Source: Proteromonas lacertae (lineage: Eukaryota). Taken from it: DNA of 64,000 nt. Of this stretch, positions 53,366 through 64,000 are shown piece after piece. The stretch is from positions 1 to 64,000 of the forward strand of contig NGBS01000312.1 of assembly GCA_002245135.1 (NCBI GenBank). Reading direction: 5' to 3'. The notes beneath the pieces are model-generated. The model was not told the DNA's origin. It saw only the letters and a program-made list of their open reading frames with translations, and searched no databases. The number at the start of each line of letters is the position of its first letter. Position 1 is the stretch's first letter. The translations under genes and the position numbers were made by a program.

Positions 53366-54236
53366 CTATACACACGAAATATCAGGTAAATATCCTCTAC
53401 ATTTTGAAGACCCACAAAAACATTTATGTAAATTCTTTTTCTTATCATCTTCATCACACTTAACTATTAAAAAAACAATAACCAACCATAATATACAATC
53501 TGGAGAATAATCAAAAGTCAATTCTTCATTAATCTCAATATCTCTACAAGCAAAGAAAGCAATGACTGGAGTAATAGTTTCTATTCTAACAGCATGAACT
53601 TCTAAATTTGGATCACATGAATGATTTATATATCTACCAATACAATCAATTGTATTTGTTGAATCAATTATTATTTCATTTATTTCATTTTTTATACTAT
53701 TTTTTAATAACAATTAACATACTTAATTTCTCGATATAATAATATATAGTTCAATCCTTCTTTATCATATATTTCCCATCTTTTATTTGCTTCATCTCGT
53801 GTTATATATTCTCCTTCATACTTACAAACAAAACTTCCTTTTCTGATGCTTTCTACAGCTTTTAAGCCTATTCCTTCATTTTCTGTGCGAAATATTTCAT
53901 ATTTTACTCCAACATTAGATTTTCCAACTAGTCTATTCATGCAATTCATACCACATCTACATTTTGAATTACATTCTATAATTGGTTTTGTAATAGCTAT
54001 TTGTCTGTCTTTATTGCTATTTTCTATATTGAGCAATCCATTACTGTGATTCATACCTATTAATACGAAGGGATGAAAGTAAAAATAATATCAATACCTT
54101 TGTATATATCTCCACTAGCCATTACACATGGACAGCTTTCAAAACATATAAAGCAATCACATCCATCTATTTCATCCATTTGCTCTATTGGCGGTAAAAA
54201 TGTATTTTTGTGTAATTGAAAATATACTCGTTTCAT
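53366..54236 (-). CDS. Pre-SET/SET/post-SET histone lysine methyltransferase (SUV39/SETMAR-like, no transposase)
   Basis: GCDC...CPC, IIECNSKCRC..NCMNR, GIGL, FVCKYEGE, GRYINHSCDPNL, EELTFDY, CFCGSSKCRGYL; 3 introns. The alternative start is at about 54179. Confidence 0.9.
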
Positions 54237-54256
54237 AATTATTCATCTCTAAATTT

Positions 54257-57200
54257 ATGGACCAAGCTGTTTACAAAACACTTTTACAAGCTATTTATAC
54301 ATTATATGGTCCACAATTTTCCCCAGCACAGAAGAATGAAGCTGATAAATACTTGACTCAGTTTATTAATCATCCACAAGCGTTTGACTATGCAAAATTT
54401 ATAATAGAAAATGCCATTCCAGGTATTTATGTCATTTTAATTTGCAGAACACACAAATGAGGCGAAGTATTTTGCATTTATTTTAATTCAAAAACTGATG
54501 GAACAAAATTGGAATAAAATAAACACCGAACAAAAGCAGGTGTATTTCAATCTAGTTATACAGATTATATCAGGAACTGTATAGTTTCTTTTAATTTTTC
54601 ATAGATACTGCCGAATTGTGAAATTTTTATTGAAGAAAAGATGGCATCTATTGTAAATGAACTATTAAAGAGAGAATGGCCACAGCATTGGCCAAATTTT
54701 CACGAAATTTACATCAAATGTCTTCAAGACAATATGTTTTCCTTTGATGTTTGTTGTAGATCATTAAAACTATTATCAGATGATTGTGGATCCAGTGAAT
54801 TCAGTTCCAATCTACCTACAGCCAGAAGAAAAGAGATAATAACAGGATTGACTCAGATCTTGCCTGGAATAATCGAAATATTGATTAAACGATTTGATGA
54901 GTTTTTCAATATATATAAATATAAGAGTGAAGAGATGATAATTCCATTAAATACAATATTAATTACTATAAGTTCATTATATGAATGGGTATATATATAT
55001 ATATAATGTTTTTAATTTATTACTCTATTTTAGATGCCTTATAATATATGTTTTTCTGAAACAGGAATTTCACTCATCACTCTATTAATAGAATTATTAA
55101 AAGAATCACAATTCCAATATAGATCAATAGAATGTTTATTAATATTAGCAAGGTATATATATATATATATATATTTTTTAATACTATATATATATAGTCG
55201 ACGTTGTACTGCAGATTCAATCGATGGATATCGTTTATTTGGTTCAAAGTTATTATACAATATATATCCCTACAATAATCAACCAATAGTAATAGATACA
55301 ACTACAATTGATAATTATAAATACACTCAAAAATTATGTTTAACGTTAGTGCAAATATCACAAACAATATTTATACCAACTACTATTCAAATGACTGATG
55401 AATTATTAAAGATGTTTATGAAGTTTGTGGAAGTAATGTTGGAGTATATGAAACATCCAAGTATATTGTTATCATCACTAACTTTTGAGTTTTGGAATAT
55501 GATTATAAAGAATGATAATAATTATTGGAAACTGTATATAAATATTCATATTCTTCTTCATTTTCATTTCTTCATTTCTTCTTCTTCTTCTTCTTCTTCT
55601 TCTTCTTCTTCTTCTTCTTCTTCTTCTTCTGCTTCTTCTTCTTCCATTTATTAATATATATTTATAGTGATTGTATTTCATCAATTGTCACACAAATCGC
55701 AATGACATTATCTCAGAAATTACTCAAACTTTATACTCCAGAGAAAGATACTGTTTATAGTGCCAATGATTTTGATGATTTGAATGATTATTTCATGTTT
55801 TATGGTGCTTTTAGAAGTAGAATTAGAGATATATTGTCATTATTTGCATTAAAATTTCCTGCGCAAATGATGAATGTGTTTAAAGAAAAGTATATTTCAA
55901 TTATTATGTTGTCTATAGTTTTGTTCAATTTAATCAGAAATATAAAACTCCCACAGATCATTTAGAAAATGGATTTGCTACTTATGATTCAATAGAATAT
56001 GTATATATATATATTGTTATAATAATAATTATTATTAAATAGATATATTATGAAGGAATGACTGTTTATTTATCATCAATATTTCATGGTAATAATATTG
56101 ACTTATTTGCAGTATATAATTATCATATATATATATATATATATATAATTTAGACCTCTCCTACTGACAAGATGATGGAAGAAATCCTAACAATCATCTT
56201 AACACCTCCTTATCCATCAGATTCATTAATCTTATCCTGTTCAATATCAATACTACATATAATATCACCATATATTTATTTTAAACCAATGTTTTTCATT
56301 CCAACATTCCAATTGTTATTGACAGCTTCAAAACATAGAAAACCATTTGAAATGGGATTAAAGTATATATTATAAATCTATTTATTCATTATTAGTCCAT
56401 CTACACTAAGTTCAACTACAATCAATTGTCGACAACATGCACTGAAAGTCATCACATTAATCATCAGAATATTACCAGAACAAGTTAAAATCAAATGATA
56501 GTTTATTCAACGAATTACACTCATATATCTCTTTACCAGAATATTCAAATAGTGAAAAGACTTTATTAATAGAATCAATAGTATCAATTAGTAATTATTT
56601 CCCTAATCAAATCGATTTTATTAAAACAATATGTTATCCATTAGTTTCATCTTGGAATAATAATCCTGAATTAAACAACGCATTTTCTTCATTAGAATCT
56701 TTTATTGATTATATAAATATCAATAATATTAAAGTAATAAATACTTCTCAGATATTACCATCAGAATCTATGGATTTATTATATCAAATATTATCTTCAT
56801 TTTATATTATATCAAAGAATACTTTAGGAAATGAAAGTAATAAAGACTTATTAGCTAATTATTGGCCTTCTATTTTACCTACAACTTTCAAACTAATAGA
56901 ATATTTCCACTTATTATGGAATCCAGTAAAACAACAAGAGTTAAAGAGTCAAAATAATAATAATTACATTTATCTAATTGGATATTCACAGAAAGAAATA
57001 TTACATTATCTACAACAAGACACTGTTAATATTAATAAAGTACCTCAAGATACATTGCTCAATTGGATGGATAAGATGAGAGAAATGTTATATAGTATTA
57101 TAGCAGCGTGTATATGTGATAGTAGTGAATATTTTTATAATATTCCAAATTTACCAAATATAATGGTTGTATATATATATATAATTCTAACATCTTTATT

Positions 57201-58283
57201 TATTTTAATAGAATTCTTGTTTTTCAAATATTGAATATTTCGAAATAAGACATTTAATTCTTCTCATTGAAACAGTCATTATTCCATTCACTTTAATCTG
57301 TCCATCTAATCGTTATAATGAGATGCTAACACCAATCAGTAAGATAATAGAATATAGTTTAAACATATTAGAATTGTCCAAACAACAGCAATATCATGTA
57401 GCTAATCTCCCTGAATTAAGTGAAGAATTAATAGAAATAATCAATGAAACTCTGATTGTTAAACTATCTCATTGTTTAATAGATTATTACTGTTATATTA
57501 GCGGTTTAAAATGGAGTGGATTAAGTGGTAAAAGAAAGAAAATAAACTATGAAGCAACAGAAGAACAATTCAAAGCAGAATCAATCAATAAACAAAATGA
57601 ATTTCAAAATAGATCGAAGTTAGTTAATACAATTTATATTTAGTAATAGTAATATGGAAATTGAAAAGATATATTTGAATGGATTATTTCAATTATTACA
57701 CTTATCAGATAACTCCATTTCAACCAAAATCATTCAAATAATTGAGAAACTTATTCCTGTAGCAAGGAAATAACTTGTTATTCTGTGAATTGATATTTAA
57801 GCAGTTATTAAATGAATATGTAATGGGAAGTCATTCCATTCAAAGATTTACTGAAATATGCAATATTCTTACAACAATGATATTTTGGTATTGTCTAGGC
57901 TATTCAACCACCAACTAAAACTCCTGATCCTATAAAGCAATACAATAATACGAATAATGTTATTGATAGTATATTGATAACTAACTGTAAAGTTGAAAGT
58001 ATATATATATATATATATATATTATTATATTTTAGAAGATGAATTTGATAAATTTAAAAAGAATTTATCAGTTTCAACATCTGAGAAACAGTATAAAGAT
58101 TTATCTAAAGATTTCTTCAGTAAGTTAAAGATAAGAATTGTGAAAGAAAACAATATCAAAATCAACAATAATGTTGTTGATAATTCAATCAAAAATCTTC
58201 CAGAGAAATTGATTATTCAAAAGAATAATGAAAAAACTGTCAATTCACCTCCATCATTAACTAGATTATTTGATGATTTATAA
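54257..58283 (+). CDS. Exportin-5-like karyopherin
   Basis: Importin-beta N-domain (EADKYL...KYFA..LIQ...NW), Xpo1 domain KREWPQHWPNF, DFDDLNDYFMFYGAFRSR, WMDKMREMLY, and C-terminal IKNLPEKL. About 10 introns and three +1 frame breaks. Confidence 0.75.
55576..55644. repeat. (TTC)n microsatellite inside a 134-nt intron (55534-55667)
   Basis: About 22 TTC units with one TGC interruption; it produces the spurious poly-S/F/R ORFs. Confidence 0.95.
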
Positions 58284-58384
58284 GAAATTCAATTTTTTTC
58301 TCTTTTGTTTTATTGTTTTTTTTTTAATGGTTAAAAAGAAAGTATTAAAAAATAAGAAATTAGTTTATTATTTAATATTTATTA

Positions 58385-60048
58385 CTATAATTGTCTATAA
58401 ACTTTCAATACACCATCAGCACAACAAAGTATAATATAAGCCATATCAGTCACAAATCCCATCGCTTTTATACTTTCAGGTCCTTTATATCTACAACTAT
58501 CAATATAACAATGAATAATTTTATTTTCATTAATATCATAAAAATTAATTGTTCTATTATTCGATGTAAGTATTAATAATGAATTATTATAAAAACTACA
58601 AGAAGTTAACATTGCATCTTTATATATAACAGTTCTATGTAATAATACATTCTTTTCCCAATCATTTATTAATAAAACTCCATTCTCATAACCACAATAA
58701 GAGTATTTATTAGTCCTTAAACAGGAACAATACACTGTTTTACCTTTCTCTTCCTTTGGCTGATATTCTCCTAATAGTTTATGGTAAGGACCATCATAAT
58801 AGATTAATCTACCGGATTTAGTACCTATTAAATAAAAACCACAACTATCTGTAGCTACAGTGCTGATTGGTTCTTTTAAATCAGTTGCTATATATATATA
58901 TATAATAATAATAATAATAATATACAGTCTACAATAACATCTGCATCATTCTCACAATCCAAATTCCACAGTCTCACAAAACCATCATCATAACATACTA
59001 ATAGGATATGAAACGAATAGTTTACTAATGGAACTGGTTTTAAACCATATATAATAGGATTTTGTGTATCTGGAGCAGGATCAATTACTCTGTTACTATA
59101 TATATATATATATACATATAAATAAATACGCAAAATAAAAAGTACTATCAAAATTACCTAAATCTTCAGGCGGTGGCTTTTTGAATATTCGTATTTTACC
59201 ATCAGCACCACCACTGATATAAGTATCTTTATCTAATATTAAACATGCATAAATTGGACCAATATTACCTCTATAAGATATCACTGGTTTGACTGTATAT
59301 TTACTATTAAAAAGATAAAAATAATAAACTATATATACGCATCTAATTCTTGAAAATTCCATAGTTTCAATATTCCACTTTCATCGCCTGTTAATACATA
59401 AAACGCATTGGATGGTTTGTACAATGTGTCAATACAATTAATACTGTCTAAATGGCTAAATCCTAACTTGTATTCTTGGAAAAAATCAGGGCTTTTATCA
59501 TCATTTTTACTGTATAAGTCTTTATCATTATATCTTGGATGACGACTTGCTATTTGTTCTATTCATATATATAATTTGATGATGAATTATACTTTGATGT
59601 GAACCAATGTATGATTTTCTTCTTCTTTCAGTTGTACTTGGTGTTAATATTGTGTTGGTTTGACGTTTACCGGCTATGATTGTATTAGGATGTTATTAAA
59701 ATAATACGATGGTCGATATCTAACGGATCAAACTGATATCTCTCTATGTAAAATTAATAAATGTATATTTATATCATACTATCATCACGTGTTTGTAATA
59801 TTCTTTTCATTCTAGCGCTTGAGTTGTTTGTTTTATATATTCTATAATTGAGTATATTTTATTATTTATACCCTATATCATTTAATATTTCTGCTAGATG
59901 ATCTCTTTGATGAAATATTTGTTCATTTCTATTGACAATTAGTTCAAATATACTGTTTTTCGGATAACAATCTTGTTGAAAGTGCGAATCTCTAGAATTT
60001 AAAAATTTATAAACATACAGAAGCAGCTAGACTACTAGGTGAAGACAT
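58385..60048 (-). CDS. Striatin-like WD40 protein
   Basis: RDHLAEILNDIGY, FSHLDSI...LTGDESGILKLWN...KPVISYRGNIGPI...ISGGADGKIRIF and terminal CADGVLKVY parallel striatin; about 8 introns. Confidence 0.7.
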
Positions 60049-60197
60049 AAAAAAAGGATTTAAAATATGAACTAGGTGTTTGGAAATTTTGCAATACCCC
60101 AATTTACCAAATGTATAGGTATTCTTTATAATAATTAATGTAAAGCAATTACTAAAGATAAAGTAAATTACGTGTAATTTTATTTTATTTTACGTTG

Positions 60198-62148
60198 ATG
60201 AAGGCTATTCTTATATTTTTAGCTTCGTTAATAACAGTTTACTGTGTAGGATGTGCTAATGGATGTTCTGGGCATGGCACGTGCTCTGCAGATAGAGAAT
60301 GTCTGTGTTTTCGTCAACAAGGTCTTGGTTTAAATGATGGTGATTTCGAAGACTTTGGATGGACAGGTGCAGATTGTTCAATACGTATTTTTCTATATTC
60401 TCAGTTGCATCACTCCCATTTCCTTCTCCGCTACGTTCTTTGAGCTTCAATCTTATTCTATTTAAATTATATTTTATTAATATAATTTTTAGGTATGTGT
60501 CCTCAAGGATTATCATATGCTCCTCAAACTTCACAAAATACAATTCCATGGTTTAACACTGGAACTGAGATTTATAAAGCAGATATAGCTGGTCCTGACT
60601 CTTATTATTCTAGTTTAAATGACAAGTTATACAAAATGATTGAGATAAAAGAAGTGATTAGTGAACTAATTGAAGCTGGTGCAGGTGGAAGAGCAATCTG
60701 TTATGATGGTAATATGAGTTTCATTGCAAATATTGATGTATTTTCAGCAGAACTGTCAGAGAAAAACACTAAAATATATGGAATTCCAACTAGTTTTAGT
60801 AATGAAATAACATCTGAAGAGATAGAAGTAGAATTAAAGAAAATAGAGAATTGTCGTATTCCTTATATTCGTAAGGATCTTTCCATGTTTACATTCTTTA
60901 CATTGAAAATATCTGACGAAGATAATAAAGCTGAAGGAACAACATGGACTAGAACATTGACTGGAAAAGCAATAGAAGATATAATAGCTTATATTAAAAT
61001 ATCTACATCTACAGATATGGATATAGCATGTCGAAATGCCAAAACAATTGATACTAAAGCTCAATATATAACAGTTCATACTGTTAAAGTGGAAAGAAAA
61101 GATGTTACTAAAAATGATGAACTTACAATAACGATAGATAAAACTGATCAGATATCTGGTAGTTGTTCATTTTTATATTCACCATTTACTGGTGGTAATA
61201 TTAGATTAAAGGAAAGTGAATTGCATAATTTAATAGGAACTGAAGACTACTTTGGATATCAAATAGAAGATGGTGTTTTATTATGGGATAATAATTATAG
61301 TAATGAAACAACAACAGATTATAGTGTTACAGATAGTAACTTTACATTAACATCAAAGACATTTATTAATGTTGATTTTAGTAAAAATACAAATGATAGA
61401 CCATCTAAATCAGAAGGTGAGATTAGACAAATATTACAGAAAGGTAAAGAAGTAGCAATTATATCATTTGGAGTATCAAAACCAGAAGAACAAAATAATA
61501 CAAATAATGTTATAAAATGTGATTATGTAACTGAAATGGCATTTGCAACTTTAACTAATGTAGCAGAGGGTAAACCAAGTGAAGATACTGGTAGAATTGA
61601 TTATACAATAACTGTTACTCCAACACCCTATATTGATAGAAATAATACATTTATTGATGATAAGCATTTCCTTCCGGTTGGTTTGTTAATCAGTAATGTT
61701 GGTCCTCACAGTTATGTAGAATGTAGTGGCGCAGGTACATGTAATAGAAACACTGGCAAATGTGAATGTTATGAAGGTTATTTCGGCTCGGCTTGTCAAA
61801 GAGTGAAATGTCCAAATGATTGTAGTAAGAGAGGTAAATGTATAACTGCTAAAGAATATTTTAATGATAAAGATGAAACATATTATGGTAATAGTATATT
61901 GCCTGTTTGTAAGTGTGATGGAGGATATCGAGGAATAGACTGCTCACAGAGTATATATATTATGTATATTATTGTAAATAGTCGAATGTCCTTCTGATAC
62001 TGATCCTAATGGTGCTACTAATATTGATATAGAACATGAATATAGAGATTGTAGCGGAAGAGGAGTATGTGATTATTCTAGTGGTAAATGTGAATGTTTT
62101 AAAGGATATGCTGGTGAAGCATGTAATACTCTCTTGTCTACTTATTAG
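60198..62148 (+). CDS. Secreted EGF/tenascin-like protein of the stramenopile tubular-hair (Sig1/Ocm1-like) type
   Basis: Signal peptide, CANGCSGHGTC...WTGADCS.RMCPQG, a long non-EGF insert, HSYVECSGAGTCNRNTGKCECYEGYFGSACQR..CPNDCS.RG.C, CDGGYRGIDCS..ECP...DP, DCSGRGVCDYSSGKCECFKGYAGEAC. Confidence 0.75.
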
Positions 62149-62283
62149 TTATAATGTTTTTATTTTTTATATATATATGTATTATTATTATTACCACTAT
62201 TTATGTTTTGTAATTATATACCAATATAAACACACACATCAATATATTTATTATTATATATAAATCATACAGACGATTAACAA

Positions 62284-62983
62284 CTATAAGTTTCCTATTG
62301 GGAATCCAGCATCATTAGACTGAATAATTCCTACAATTACTCCAAAAATACCTAATGCACTAGCAAAAATTTCTACAATTAACATTTTCACAAACATTCC
62401 TTTATCTAAAGCATCGCTCATAGCACAACTACTGCCACTTACTCCAATACATACTCCACTAGCTACATTAGTTAGACCAACGGAGAGACCTGCTGCAAAT
62501 ACACCATACCCAGCAAATTGAAACATATTCCAATCAAAATCATCAGGAAACATGCCGTGATTGCTTCTAGCTACTTCAATCTATTAGAGAAACAATAATT
62601 TATATAATTATACCTTTTTCTTCAATATAATGGCAATAATAACACCATAAATTGCTGTTGCTTCACAAAAAATAACACTATAAATGGATTAAAAAACAAA
62701 CAAACAATACCTAATCAAGTTCTTTGATCTAATACGAGGAGCTTTAACTGATGCTCCGGCAATTGTTGATCCAGTAATCCAAATACCCCTAGATAAATTA
62801 TATTACATTCCAATTATTATTCATACCATGCAGCTCCAATAACAGAAAGTGCAATACCAAACGAAGCTCCTAGAAATCCCATCATATAAGGATCCACATG
62901 ATTTAATATATCCCACCAGTCTAAAATGTAAACTAAATACAAATACCTGAGTTATGAAATGCTTCTTCTGTTATATTGTTCAT
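62284..62983 (-). CDS. ATP6V0B: V-type ATPase proteolipid subunit c'' (21 kDa)
   Basis: LSVIGAAW|GIWITGSTIAGASVKAPRIRSKNLI|SVIFCEATAIYGV...GLTNVASG...FVKMLIVEIFASALGIFGVIVG; 4 introns. Confidence 0.95.
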
Positions 62984-63067
62984 TATATGAAGAGAAATTC
63001 AACAATCAAAAAATTCAAAAACTTGAAAAAGGTTTGATTGATAAAATTATATCTTTCTTTTTTGAGA

Positions 63068-64000
63068 ATGTCACAACCTGTAGAGGATCAACCTTTCCAT
63101 TTATTGCTTAAAAATGTAATGTTTTATATGATCTGATATTCATAGAGATCAATTCGTCATTTGAAAGAGATAATCGTTAGAAACCTAAATGGTCCATCCA
63201 AAGAATCATTATATAGCGCTTACTATAAAATCACATTAGGTATACTTGTATTTGTGGTTATATTCTTAGATCTTTCTTCTCAATCTCAATTATGTCCAAA
63301 GCCAAACGAAGGTGAAGCTGTAATTTATCAAAGTGAAGTTAGTGAAAATACATTAAACCCATCATGGAAGAATGTATCACTTGATTTACCACCAAATTCT
63401 TCGTCCTGTGATAGTATAATTAGAAGGATAATATAAATATATTTAGAATTTACATTAACAATATTCAATAATAAAGATAACAGTGAATTATATAAAGAAA
63501 TGATAAATATGAAAGATCTTAAATTCTTAGGTAATTATAAACCCAAATTTTTGGCTAACCTAAAAATACCATTAGCTTTTCCTTATAATACATTATTTAT
63601 CCACTTATTAGATGGATATTACACAATTCCATCATTATATGAGTTTTTACACACTCAAATTCCATTATCACTTTTACAACCAGAACCTCCAGAGAAATTC
63701 CCAGTAAATCCTATAGAATTTATTAAAAACATAACTTTATTAGAAAATAATAAGAAAAAAGTACTTGAATTAAGGCAGAAAAAGTATAATGATATTTTTT
63801 TATTATATTTTATTATAGAAAAGAATTGGTAGAGAAATTCAATCAAAAAACAAAGGAATTAGACGAAGTAAATAAGAAATCAAATGAAATTTTACATTTA
63901 AATAAGAAATTAGAGAGTTATATTGAACAAAAGAATCGTGAAAAATCATTACTAGAAAAAGAGAAAGAAGAAACTCAGAAATGTGAAAATGAAATAGAAT
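63068..64000 (+). CDS. UVRAG/Vps38-like protein (C2 domain plus coiled coil), 3'-truncated by window end
   Basis: RSIRHLKEIIVRNL...YYKITL...IYQSEVSENTLNPSW...LKFLG...FPYNTLFIHLLDGYY, followed by a coiled coil. Confidence 0.75.

Noticed and set aside
53366..54236. SETMAR-type transposase fusion or mobile element
   Set aside because: The protein stops right after the post-SET cysteines. No transposase, RT, integrase, TIR or LTR was recognised anywhere in the window.
55478..55684. Poly-Arg, poly-Phe and poly-Ser ORFs
   Set aside because: They are translations of the intronic (TTC)n microsatellite.

Overview
AT-rich, very gene-dense eukaryotic nuclear DNA using the standard code. It holds about 40 protein genes broken by many tiny GT-AG introns (mostly 25-45 nt, donor usually GTAT, acceptor usually TAG), two tRNA genes, and many head-to-head gene pairs with start codons only 20-150 nt apart. 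The tiny introns, minor-class introns, complex I assembly factor and stramenopile-type EGF hair-like protein fit a Blastocystis/Opalinata-like stramenopile, but this is inference. Recognisable genes include SDA1, KRR1, CEP19, a CFAP97-domain protein, a HYLS1-like protein, HMCES/SRAP, selenoprotein K with UGA-Sec and SECIS, a CNOT9-like protein, a VAP/MSP protein, NDUFAF7, a three-repeat MYB, CCT6, TAF9, a SET methyltransferase, exportin-5-like, striatin-like WD40, V-ATPase c'' and UVRAG-like. The most notable observations are: (1) a voltage-sensor-like membrane module of the alveolate ion-channel adenylyl cyclase type fused to an RGS domain instead of a cyclase; (2) three U12-type introns with AT-AA, AT-AG and AT-AC ends that share the branch motif TTCTTTAAT; (3) a divergent gene pair sharing a Tudor-like C-terminal module, one member being an Hsp70 ATPase domain with no substrate-binding domain; (4) a PHD/PWWP/TFIIS-M/SPOC/SURP chimera; (5) a recurrent GCTTGA/TCAAGC upstream motif; (6) many single-base frame breaks, most likely assembly errors. 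All gene models were spliced by eye and family calls come from remembered motifs, not database searches.
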